NCBI GenBank assembly: GCA_003344405.1 | Contig: NOWV01000013.1 | Coordinates: forward strand, 682,001-746,000 | DNA length: 64,000 nucleotides | Source of the DNA: Trichoplax sp. H2 | Lineage: Eukaryota | Direction of reading: 5' to 3' | Shown: positions 1 to 12,331 of the stretch, piece after piece | Position numbering within the stretch: position 1 is the first letter of the stretch | Layout of the letters: each line of letters begins with the position of its first letter | Notes under the pieces: model-generated | Told to the model about the DNA's origin: nothing | Database searches by the model: none | What the model saw: only the letters and a program-made list of their open reading frames with translations | Translations under genes and position numbers: made by a program

Positions 1-242
1 ATCATTGTGGTTTCAAGACTACAGTACCGCACTGTCGTTTTGGTTAATGTCTCCAAAAATAAAATAAATGATCATGTACAAATCAAAAGGATGTACACTT
101 GTACAGTACTGTAGAATGTATTTGTCATATTTTGGAGATATTTAGACGGCCAGAAGCACCGTTCATGATTCCATGTTTATTCCTTTTTAGAGTCAGGCAA
201 GTACAGAAATCCTCAGTCTAATTGTTCAATTTTAGCAACTTG

Positions 243-1066
243 GCAAAATTGATGTTTTGGCCATAGTCTAGTTGTGACCATGCAGTACTAGAGAATGGAA
301 AAAATATTGTTGCTCAAATGCTCAATACACCTACTGTACTGTGCTAGGCTGAAACTGGAGTACTGTATAGTAAGCTGTAGTTCTAAGTCCATATTGCATA
401 AATTACTTCTACTAATTTATGCAAAATGGCTAGTCTCCGATCATGAACTTGGAGACACTACAGTTTGGTGCCTGGCACCTTACTGCTTTAATAATGCACA
501 CAGCCATTCTGTAGACTACAGTACTAAAGAAGGTCTTGCAAAATTGATGTCTTGGCCATAGTTTCGTTGTGACCATGCAGTACTAGAGAATGGAAAAAAT
601 ATCAGCAATATTTTTAAAAAATATTGCTGCTCAAATGCTCAATACACCTACTGTACTGTGCTAAGATGGCTAGTCTCCGATCATGAACTTGGAGACACTA
701 CAGTTTGGTGCCTGGCACCTTACTGCTTTAATAATGCACACAGCCATTCTGTAGACTACAGTACTAAAGAAGGTCTTGCAAAATTGATGTCTTGGCCATA
801 GTTTCGTTATGACCATGCAGTACTAGAGAATGGAAAAAATATTGTTGCTCAAATGCTCAATACACCTACTGTACTGTGCTAGGCTGAAACTGGAGTATAG
901 TAAGCTGTAGTTCTAAGTCCATATTGCATAAATTACTTCTACTAATTTATCCAAAATGGCTAGTCTCCGATCATGAACTTGGAGACACTACAGTTTGGTG
1001 CCTGGCACCTTACTGCTTTAATAATGCACACAGCCATTCTGTAGACTACAGTACTAAAGAAGGTCT
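243..1066. repeat. Tandem array of ~3 copies, 240-290 bp unit, upstream of MON1
   Basis: TAGTCTCCGATCATGAACTTGGAGACACTACAG recurs at 431, 671 and 961. AAATTGATGTyTTGGCCATAG recurs at ~247, 541 and 781. The middle copy lacks a ~70 bp segment. Confidence 0.95.
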
Positions 1067-1224
1067 TTGATAACTTGATTTGAATTGATTTCTTACTCGA
1101 TCATCCAAGTGTATCATATTATCAGTTCGACGCTTACGGTAGTGCACCAGTTAGCAGCCATTAATAATATTTATAGACAAGAGTTATCGAGGTGGAAAGT
1201 AGTTGAGATAGATCGAATCGGGAC

Positions 1225-4200
1225 ATGATGGATGCTGCTAACCAAGATATATCAAGCGAGAACCTGGCCACAGCTATAGCGAATACATCACTAGCTGTAA
1301 GCGATCAAGTGACAGGCCAAGAAGTTGGTAACGATGATAGGTCAGCTATACATGGATATGACATAACGGAAAAACTTTGCATCAATAGTAGGACAGCTCC
1401 ATTTATGCCAATCAATTCTAGAACCATCAAGGGATCCGTTATGAACTGTACTATTGCAATCCTCTATTGATTAATTATCGTTACTACGTCAGTCAGACTA
1501 TTACCGTAGAATGTTACTCATAAACAAATATTCAAGGCTATACCACATTTCTACTGTCAATCGATTTAGTACTATGTCATGAACGCTATCGAGCCTGCTC
1601 ATTTCAATTGATCGCTGAAGGAGATGGACTAGATATCACTGCCATACGCTTCTACAGTAGTAGTAAAAGCTACCTACTTACTTACGGAATCATATATCAT
1701 ACACTCCATAACTTTCAAAATCATACACAATTATTCAAGAAAATGATGGCTTCAAATCGGAATGGTCATAAAAATGAACTTGATACAGTAGTGTTAATGA
1801 ATACTGTAATATTGGTTATCAATGTAATCATTATCTATCTAAGCGATCGAATAGTATATCTCAATTTTAATAACTCCAGGCTGTAACTGTATCATAATAT
1901 TGTTCTAATGCTATTAGTACGATCTTCATTTGCGGTTTAAATTTGATTATTTACAGTTCTACCACTGCCTTATTCTTTACTGGATCCATCCTAGATAGCC
2001 AGAAGCAGCCGGAAGAGTAAGTTATTGACGCAGTATAAAATACAACATCTGCTGATATCAAAACTGCTTATCTGCATTTTCATAGCGGTTTCATTTTTCA
2101 TACAGTCAGTAAAATGGATAAATTTACAACTTGATAACATGGCTTTGATCGAAGTAGTCTAACCAGTATTCCTAATCGCCAATACTACAGTATACGTATT
2201 GCAGGTGTAATAGCAAAGTATTTCAATTACAGCTATTCAAACATGAATAAATTTTAGCAGATTACACTCATTTTGTCCCGATCATCGCTTATTATACATC
2301 CTACACGGTAGTATTATATTAGATATTTTGACGGTGTTGTTATAATCGAGAAGATGGACATGATCATTTCTTCTTTTCTTATCTGCCCCTTAGGCAAATA
2401 ATAACGATCTTACTGTATTCATGAACAGTAATTTCGCAATAGATTTAACTTCATAATCATTGTATAATCACTGTACTGTATAATGATGTCGATTTCCTGC
2501 ATGTTGCCTTGAATACTGCGTCTTATCTAGGTAGTAATTAAGGTTCTATGAAGCAATGTAGAAATTTCTTATAACAATATTCATAATCATTATTGTGCAT
2601 TGTATTAACCATTGATACTTCTTTCTGGTTTCACGAAATGTAGCAGTGAAATTACTTTAACAAGTCATGGCAATGTCAATTTTGCTATACAAAGTGATCA
2701 AGAACATGAAATGGATGGTTTTATCCATTCTAATGAAGGTAGCAATAAATTTAACCTTTTATTTTTAGTTAAATTCTATTGGTATAAAATCAGCTTCATT
2801 GGACTTTGATGGTTAGATTTATTAACTATTGAATGATTACGGATAGAAATAAGGTATTATTTCTCTCTTATTCTTGATAAAATAGCTGCTATTATTCGTA
2901 AGCAAGGAATGACTATCGGTAAGGCCTTATTTTACATAAAATTACTGCACATAAACAATTCGCTAATATGTGTAGTTCTATGTATTGGTGCTTTGTCAGC
3001 AAAGAAACAATTCTATGTTTTTTTACGTTGATCCTGATAGACGTTAGTCATCCCGACTGGAGTAAGATTAATAAACATATATTTATACTAAGCGAAGCTG
3101 GAAAACCTATTTATAGCAGGTTAGAATTTTTACAAGCCAAGTAAAATACATCTCTTGATTCGTTTTCAATTACAAACTCTTACAGTACCTATACTATTAT
3201 GCTTATTTACATACTTAATTAAAAAAGTAGCTGTATAAGCGTATTTGTGAGTAACAATATCGTAGAAAATATCGTTGAGTATTATTGACAACAAGGGATG
3301 AGAATCGTAGGTATTGAGAGTGATTAAGCTTGTTATTTTTATATTTCATATATGTAAATGTTTGCGTGACAGATTAGATGGTGTGTCGATAATGCATTCG
3401 TTTAGTAAACTATAGAACCGTTAATTCTGAAATTATATATGATACAGTAATTATTCTTACTTCAAATGACAAAGTATACTATTAAAAATTTCAACCTACT
3501 GTAGGATGATGAACACTCGTCTACTACTACGTATACGATTACCGCTACAGCTAAAATCTTAATTGAACTTGCTAATATACTAGCGAAATGAGCCATAGGA
3601 TATGATATTTGTACTATGCAACATTGTTAGTTTTCCTTGCAATTGCTATTCAAAACATACATTTCGAGGAAATTTCTCACCGTTAAGAGTGACTTATCGG
3701 GATCAACAATCCGCTATAGTGACACTATTGTCAATACGGTTAATATCGCCTCTTTCCATATAAAATCCTAGAACTATTCCAAAAGTGTAATCATATCTAA
3801 ACCGTATAATAGTCGATAGTAATGTCAGCAATCATACAATATCATTTAATCATTCTAATATAATGGCAATCTAATCATGATAATCGTTCTTATCGTCTTG
3901 TTTATCCCATTTCTCAGTAATGAAAATTATATTGCAAAAATTATTCGTGATTATGTGATACATATTGAAATACTTACAGATACGGAAATGAAGAGAAATT
4001 GGTGACAATTATGGGTGTCATGCAGGCATTGGTCTCTTTCGTTCAAGATTCTGATGATACGCTACAGTACTGAATTACTGTGTCTATTTCAATTTTAAAC
4101 TCGTGAAAAGATTCTAGATTACAATTTAATAAGTACATTTTCTTCTTTTGTAGGTCTTTGGTTGCTGGTAATCGCAAGTACGTCTTTCTTGTTAAAGGCC

Positions 4201-6646
4201 CCTTGATTTTAGTAGCCGTGTCTTCATTGGAAGACTCCGTTCCACAGGTTTAAATAATATTTTTTGACGCCTGTCTATACAAATAGCGAAATAGATAACA
4301 ATTTAATTGAATATTATTGGAGAATTTTAAAGATTATCATATTATTCTTGATTTTATAGCTGCAATTACAATTAACATATGTTTATCATCAAATATTGAG
4401 CGTTTTAACTGGTGCTCAATTGGAAAAGATTTTTGAACAATTACGTAATTACGATTTACGAAAATTACTCGGAGGTTCGTCTAGTTGTTGTAAAAAATTG
4501 ATTGAACTAAACGGCTAATGTGTGTGATCATTGTTTACAGGAACGGAAAAATTTCTGCATAATTTATTAGATATGATGGACAGAGATCCGAGCTTTTTTC
4601 TTGAATCGGTCTGTACTTATTGCTGTTCAGTTAGCTTTTAAAATTGGTGTTTGACTTTATTTAATATTCTATATAATGGATACTTGTAGGTACAATGTCT
4701 TCCAATACCGGTTCACTACAGGGATAGCATCGCCAGTAGTTTGCAGCATGCCAAGACTAAGGTATAATGGAATTGTGATGCAATGATAAAAATTACCCTA
4801 TTATACTGAGCATAGTAAATCTTTCCTTATTACATTCTTGTAGAGTTTGGTCTTTGCGATTTTGATTACAGAAAATCAATTGATAACGCTTGTTAGACCT
4901 AAAAAATACAATTTACACCCTGCAGGTATTGAAATATATTATATGTATACGACGAATACAATCTTAACGATTACTTGCACCACTTATTGAATACTATATA
5001 CGAGTAACTTTAAGTTGGAAATGGTTTAAAATAATGTTTGTGTTAAAATAATTCTTTTAGATTTACACTTAATAATCAACCTGGTTAATGCATCAACATC
5101 ATTTCAATCTTGTGAATCGTGGCTACCAATTTGTTTACCAAAATTTAATGATAGGTGATACGAAAATTTTGTATTATCAAAAGGATTAAATATAGAGTAT
5201 TGTTACATGGTATCGATAGAATAAAGGGATTAAATTAAATAGCTCGCATTCTTTCTTAAAATGAAATTTAGTGGGTACCTTCATGCGCATATTTCCTATC
5301 TTTCGGAGGAGTGTCCAGCCTGTCTTGTTCTTTTATCAACCGATAAAGATGCATTTTATGAATTAGCGGAAAGTAGAGAAAAGATCATCAAGGTATTTAT
5401 TGTACTAACCTGTAGAAAGATGCTTAGTGGAAATATTCTATGATTTACAAATGCTACTTTGCTAATATTTTTTGCTTTTTTTTAGCGTTTAACGGTAAAG
5501 AGCAATTGTATTCCGGTTATAAGTGAAGCTATAACTACGAATAAATACGGCCTGGGTATATAAATTTAGTTATTAAAATATCAAGCATTCACGTAATTAA
5601 TTGATGATTTCTCACTGCTTAAGATTACATTATCGGCAGTGAAATTTGGCACTTTTTATACAAAAGTAAAACCTATGGCCAATTTGTTTCTCCGAAATGC
5701 AGACCACCATATAATACTGTAGAAGAACAGACACGGTATGAAATAGTATCAATGTAACTGCTGTATTGAATAATAATATTTCTAGAGTTATTTCTCAATC
5801 ATAACTTATCGTATAATGTTAACCTTTCAGATTACAAGAGCTTTACAAGTACCTCCACCATCGTATGCATGCTAGTGCAAAGCCTTTAAAACTTGTATAT
5901 CGCCTAAGAAGTCAAGAAGCCTTGCTAGGATGGGTATGCTCATTTTATTTAACTCCATACGTATAAGCAGGAACAATTTGAGATCAGAGTAACAGTTTTG
6001 ATTGATTACTGAATGATTACTGAAAGTTTGCATCTGATATGACATTTTTTGAGTTTAATTTTAATACAAATTTAATATTTCTGGTTGTTTTTTGTCTACC
6101 CAGATAAAATATGGTAGTTCAAAATTTAATCATAGCTTGTTGTAGGAAGGAAGAATTTAATGATACAGTATTTTAATCAGTCTAGAGTAATTACTTAATT
6201 AATGCCGAAATGTTTCATAGAATTAACGTTATACAAGATATATTAATACTGTACTACTACATTTAATTCTGTGTATTGCTTTGATTACTTGTTCACAGCT
6301 TAAGTTTTCATTTCTAATTAATGATAGTAAATATTGTATTCAAACTTTTATTAGATATCCGAAACTTTTGAACTGTATGCTGTCTTCAATCCATTAGTGA
6401 GTAAAACTGTTGCAATCGGTAATGTTAAGAGACTGATGGCAATTATAAAAGTAAGTGTAATACTGGTCACCATCTTTATTCCTTCAATAAAGTACTCGTA
6501 TATAAATAATATATACTCTATATGTATATAGTAGATACGTATACCAACAGTATGTGTTGAAGAAATGTGTAACTATGTTTTTTTATTTTCAAATTATTTA
6601 GCAAGAAGAAGATAAATTATTCATAGTCAATGCACGAACTTTTTAA
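1225..6646 (+). CDS. MON1: Vacuolar fusion protein MON1 homolog (Rab7 GEF subunit), about 19 exons
   Basis: Frame-consistent GT-AG exon chain: 1225-~1327, ~1995-2016, ~2644-2738, ~2794-2811, ~2886-2918, 3041-3119 (DWSKINKHIFILSEAGKPIYSR), ~3980-4065 (YGNEEKLVTIMGVMQALVSFVQD), ~4154-4247 (YVFLVKGPLILVAVS), ~4360-4474 (QLTYVYHQILSVLT..NYDLRKLLG), ~4541-4608, ~4690-4761, ~4844-4925 (LVFAIL..LHPA), ~5061-5154 (DLHLIINLV..ESWLPICLPKFND), ~5272-5392 (GYLHAHISYL), ~5486-5555, ~5623-5734 (WHFLYKSK), ~5831-5933, ~6355-6450 (FELYAVFNPL), 6602-6646 (QEEDKLFI..TF*). These motifs match MON1/SAND family hallmarks from recall. The 5' exons are less certain. Confidence 0.95.
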
Positions 6647-7927
6647 GCAACGAAGGTTTTCCATGAATTCAGGAGATGATATTAATAAACTGTTTATTCA
6701 AGAAATATTCTCTTTAAGATAATTTCAATATTACTTTTCATATTGCCAAAAATTAGTATAAAATTGAAAAGGTGATGCCATTAAAATGAAATCTACTACT
6801 GTATAAAAGTTATCTCAATGCAAGATATTGATACACACACTAAATTTAGTCAGTAATATAAAAGTCAATTAGTTTGTTGTTTGCTATTTGGGGTAACTAT
6901 GTGATTGTTTAGACTGCTGGAAAGTTGTAAATACGCATTATTTGTTATTTTGTAGTTGTTATAGCTATAGACCAAGCGTGATAAAGAATCATTTCCGATT
7001 TCCAATTTGTAAATACTCTATGTGGATTTTTGTATTCGTGTAAAAAAAGTATGCATCATTTGTACGTACGCTCATGTGTTGTACTGTATATATAGATTAG
7101 ACCATGTTTATAATTGTGGCGTACCACGTAAAATAATTTAATGACGTCTTCTCTTCCTTCGAATGGTTGCTTGTGCTATGTTTATCAGATATGTCGGTAG
7201 ACAAGCATCTATAAAATGACTAGTCTTTTAATTAAGCAATGGCTACATCAAGGAGAATGTTTAAAATTTTTTTATATTAATGCATTCATTGTGTATTGTA
7301 TCAATACGATATCATCTTAACATCAGTTCAACATACTGTATTTCCTCATCATCATCATCATTATCATGGCAATAAAGCTATGCTATTAAAAAAGAATTTG
7401 ATTGATTTTTGATTTTAGAATTGCAAGTAAAGTTTAAGAGGAAATTGGGTTGTTGTATATTGCTAAGATGAGTAACATAGGGTATACTTTTATATTTTAA
7501 CATTAGTCCATTATTTTTATAATCACCATTTTAAATAAATAGCACACGCCACTTGCATCTATATTGTATAATTAACAATCAATATCGCACTATTAATAAT
7601 ACAACGTTATATGCTATTTATTGTCCGAGAATTGAATTAGAAAGTCGGATAAATGCTTTCGGTAATATCAATGAAGATCAAAACTGTTAGCCACGTTATT
7701 CAATTTTTATCCAAGTATGATTGACGATTTCAAGAATAAATTTTATACATACATTAATCGCCAATGTTGAAAATTGTTGATACAGAGAATTGAGTTCTCA
7801 AAGATTAAGATAGTTAGTAGATTGAATCGTGTTGACTCATTCACTGGTAATCATGATTGGGTATTTTTCCTTCAAGTGAGTCAAAATGAATTTCACTACG
7901 TGACAATAAGACAGCTGGCATGGCTTG

Positions 7928-10900
7928 CTAGTTGAAGTAGCCACCATCATCGGATTCATTCCATTCCGATTCTGCACTACTATTTTCGCCATCGTCTTCA
8001 TCAGAGCTAACTTGTAGCCATTGGCGACGTTTCAAGAGACCCTCGACATCTTTACCAAATATGCCCGTTGGTCTCCTTTCTCTCTTTTCTGGCCCTTCAT
8101 CTTGCACTTTACGCAGTTTCTTGCTTCTAATGGCTCTTAGTAGGTCAGAGCCTTCAGATGCTATTTTTGGCTGTTGTACTTTTGCTGCAAGCGCAGAGGA
8201 TTCATCAAAGTTAGGCGTAACTTGAGCAATCATTGATTCAGGTGGAGGTGGAGGCAGCGTCGGTTGAGGAATATCGTGTAAATCATCCGTGTCTACCTTT
8301 GACGATTGAAGGGCAAAATGAACTTGTACATTTTCTTCCTCTTGATTTATTATCGACTGATCTGGGATAGGTGAGGGATAAGGAGGAAGTGATAACGTTG
8401 AGTGAAGATGACTATTGACTGGCGGTTCAGCTATTTCTTGTACATTATTTGCAAAATTGACACTAGTAGATTGTGCAGTAACGTTGCTTGTATTATTTAT
8501 TATCCGGTTGGTATTTTGTGGTTGTTGATTTACTTGTTGATCAGCCAATCTCTGATGTTGATTATATTCAAATTGATCCTCAAGATCATCAAGAGAAAAT
8601 GGCTGTGGTGGTGGCGGCAGCACAGGCGATCGAGGAGTGGGTATATCATCATCATCATCATCCTCCTCTTCTACTTCATGACTTGGTGTATGAAAGTAAT
8701 GAATACTGTGGTGTTCTGCTATCACTACACTTTGATCTCCACTTTTCTTTTCAGTATTTTGATTTTCTAATTCGTCATCGTCCTCATAACGACTCGGTTC
8801 AATAGGTGTTGTCGGCGCTACAGTGACAGGAGGCTGCTTAACATATTCGACATCACCAAATTCGACTCCTTGTGCATTGTAAACTTTCTTTTCTATCTGG
8901 GTAATTTTTTTCTCACGACGATTTCGTTTTTTATCGCGTTGCGCTTTCTAAAGAGATAAGTAAAGGAAAAGAAAAGAAATTGACCATGGAATAACTGACT
9001 GTATGCTATAATTTATAGTTATAGGCTATTTAAACAACGATACAATTGGTTTAAAGTCCTTGGTGAAAATCGCTCCATTCCATCGTTTTGAAGGGATTAA
9101 TATTATTACCCTGCTAACTCTTCATTTTGCCATTATAGTAAAATAGGCACATTTACTACTACAAGTACAGTACAGTACTGTGCTGTAGGATAAGCTACAT
9201 CAAAGAATAATCACATCGCAATTCTATTCCATTGCTGTACTATCGGGCTAGTAAGATTGAGCAGTCATATTGAATGGAAAACTGGAATTTTAGATTGACT
9301 GACATTATAGTAAACTACACGTATTCTCAATAGGATATATCAATTGAATGGAGAATAATATTATTGCAATGCGTAGACTATTACAATATCGGCTAGTAAG
9401 ACTCATGATGAGATTGAGCAGCCCTAGTGAAAATGAATTTGTATGACAGCTAGTACTGTATAATCCACGAAGATGATGTCATTAACCAGTCAGTGATGAG
9501 CTGATCTATCCTACGCTATCCTTGATTGTAAGTTTGTATACCTGTCGTTTTTGAGTTTCTTCTACAACAGATTTGGCCCAAAGGTCGAAAAAGTACTGCG
9601 GATCGGTATAAAATTTCATGGCATCTTTGTTATCGTCTCGATAAGCATTCATTAACCTCAAATTTGGGGGTCTTTTAGAATCATCGTAGATTTTAAGTAA
9701 AGCAGTAGGAAGATTGGAACGTGATAGGACTTGTTGTTCCGAAGTATACGTACTTTTGAAAGGTTTTCTCATATTAGCACTTGCTAAGGCAACTAAAAGA
9801 TGAAAAATACAGATCGAATTGAAGTGAAGAATGAGTCTGGATAGATAGTTTACGCATGATAATGACATTGCTACTGTATGTGTTGATCAAGAAGGCATTG
9901 AAGACAACTTGATGACTCTCTATTTGACTAATACTACACTTTTTCTTTTCTTCCGTACTGTCCATTCTACACCTGTAGGATAGACTGTCTTGTATTATCA
10001 ATCCATTCCTCTATCGACAGTAAGACTACTTGATGACTGTCCATTTGACTCCTAACTTACTTTTTCTTTTTTCCGTACTGTCCATTCTACACCTGTAGGA
10101 TAGACTGTCTTGTATTATCAATCTATTCCTCTATCAACAGTAAGACTACTTGATGACTGTCCATTCTACACCTGTAGGATAGACTATCTTGCATGATCAA
10201 TCTATTCCTCTATCGACAGTAAGACTACTTGATGACTGTCCATTCTACACCTGTAGGATAGACTATCTTGCATGATCAATCTATTCCTCTATCGACAGTA
10301 AGACTACTTGATGACTGTCCATTTGACTCCTAATTCGCTTTTTCTTTTTTTCCGTACTGTCCATTGTATGCCTGTAGGATAGACTGTCTTGTATTGTAAT
10401 TATCAATCCATTCCTCTATGGACAGTAAGACTACTTGATGACTCCATTTGACTCCTAAATTACTTTTTCTTTTTTCCGTACCGTCCATTCTACAACTGTA
10501 GGATAGACTGTCTTGTATTGTAATTATCAATCCAATCCTCTATCGACAGTAAGACTACTTGATACAGTAGCAATATCGTGATTAGAATCAAGGTAAAGTT
10601 GAATACGATGACTATCATGCTGTTGTATGGTGGATGAAAAAGGTGATCAGAGATGATGATTGATCCTACCTTGCTCTTCATTGGGATCTAACGATTCGAC
10701 CACCACAGTTAACTTATCCACACGCGCTTTCAATGTCGACGTTCGTTCAAAGATCGTTTCCGCTTCTTTGGATAACTCGGAGAAAAGCTCTTCGGTATGA
10801 TGTGCTAGACTACTTAGTTGTTGTAATATACCTACTAAGCTATTAAATGAAACTCCTTCTAATTCATCGCGAATACTTCGGTCCAATTTGCGCCGACTAA

Positions 10901-10937
10901 CATAAGAAGGGCCAACAGCGCGGACAATTAACGGCAT
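7928..10937 (-). CDS. WASF: WASP-family verprolin-homologous protein (WAVE/SCAR), 3 coding exons, ~512 aa
   Basis: Exons 10937-10670 (MPLIVRAVGP..ELEGVSFNSLVGILQQLSSLAHHTEELFSEL, WAVE homology domain), 9792-9542 (RKPFKS..PPNLRLMNAYRDDNKDAMKFYTDPQYFFDLW) and 8947-7928 (basic region, Pro-rich stretches, WH2 SDLLRAIRSKKLRKV, central DVEGLLKRR, acidic tail with SEW). Splice phases join in frame. Confidence 0.95.
9902..10563. repeat. Compound tandem array in WAVE intron 1 (units of ~120 and 79 bp, 6 copies of the core)
   Basis: The core TCCATTCTACACCTGTAGGATAGACT..TTCCTCTATCGACAGTAAGACTACTTGAT recurs at ~9961, 10081, 10160, 10239, 10360 and 10484. A ~41 bp T-rich module is present in only some copies. 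Confidence 0.95.
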
Positions 10938-11514
10938 GATGAGCGCACACACAGTCAAACTCTCGATCTCGTCAAGTCAATAAGCAGTCTAATCGATCGG
11001 ATAATGTCCAATAATAACCCACACTTTGTCAATAGGAATATCAGCGATTAATTTCAGTGGTAGAGAGTAAAGTAAAGATGAGTTTAAACTCAATTTGCAG
11101 TGGATTGCAGTTGATTCCTTGCTAGCAAATGGAGCAAAACTGCAGGCCCCCCTCGACCAACTCGGATCTCCTTTCTGGCTTGGTTGTGCCGTAGGCTACT
11201 CACTCAGTTACTTGGACTGTACAGTGTACAGTCCAGTAGGATAGAATATACTGTAGACTCGACAGTGTAGACTGTAGGGGAAATGGACAGACGGCAGCAG
11301 TGACTAGAGCTGAGAAAGGTTCGCTTCGGTTCAAATCGTTACGATCTAGATGCCGCAGGCATACTGTTGATTGGCGTTTTATACCTGAACCATACACTAT
11401 ACTATCGAAAACCAACTTGGTGATTGATACTAAAGCTAAACAAGACCTGGACGAAACACGCTTGGACGGACAGACACGTTGGGCCTTCTGTGGTCAAACT
11501 ATCACAGACTGTCA

Positions 11515-12150
11515 TTACGTACTGTACGTACTACAGTCGACGTATTCTCCTGCAGGTCAGTTCAATGACCTGACACACACACACAGTACGTACTGTACAG
11601 TACTACAATCGAGTTCGTTCGTATTCTCCTGCAGGTCAGTTCAATGACCTGACACACACACACAGTACGTACTGTACTGTACTACAATCGAGTTCGCTCG
11701 TATTCTCCTGCAGGTCAGTTCAATGACCTGACACACACACACAGTACGTACTGTACGACAGCACGGACGAGTTCGCTCGTAGTCTCCCCCACGTCAGTTC
11801 AATGACCTGACACACACACACAGTACGTACTGTACGACAGCACGGACGAGTTCGCTCGTAGTCTCCCCCACGTCAGTTCAATGACCTGACACACACACAC
11901 AGTACGTACTGTACTACAGCACGGACGAGTTCGCTCATAGTCTCCCCCACGTCAGTTCAATGACCTGACACTCTACCTGACACACACACACAGTACGTAC
12001 TGTACGACAGCACGGACGAGTTCGCTCGTAGTCTCCCCCACGTCAGTTCAATGACCTGACACACACGCACAGTACGTACTGTACGACAGCACAATCGAGT
12101 TCGCTCGTAGTCTCCCCCACGTCAGTTCAATGACCTGACACACACACAGT
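11515..12150. repeat. 79-bp tandem array, 8 copies, in the WAVE / SLC25 divergent promoter
   Basis: AGTTCAATGACCTGAC starts at 11559, 11638, 11717, 11796, 11875, 11954, 12045 (12-bp insertion) and 12124. Units include a (CA)n run and the palindrome ACAGTACGTACTGT. Confidence 0.97.
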
Positions 12151-12331
12151 GGTGTGACACAACCATCCATCGCGTCCAGTCCTGTCCGGTAGCTTCTACT
12201 GAGTCGACGCAGTCGTCGAGGAGTGAGCGTCTGCAGTCCGGCGGTAGCTGTCGGCTACTGGAGTAACTGGACAGGAAAAACTTTCTGACGTCCAAGTTAT
12301 CATCATTGATCAACACTAAATTCAACCAACA

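Noticed and set aside
295-561. 88-aa ORF upstream of MON1
   Set aside because: Lies wholly within the tandem array; the other copies break the frame.
8402-8805. Plus-strand ORFs 8402-8770 and 8488-8805 (also 27629-28108 and 27739-28026)
   Set aside because: Antisense shadows of the WAVE exon and of the GOLM-like repeat exon.
9405-9504. ATGATGA...CTGA resembling a C/D box snoRNA in WAVE intron 2
   Set aside because: It is antisense to the host gene, with no terminal stem or recognisable rRNA guide.
11515-12150. CRISPR-like appearance of regularly spaced repeats (also 22005-22785 and 31676-32275)
   Set aside because: The intervening sequence is itself repeated with no unique spacers, there are no cas genes, and the context is eukaryotic.
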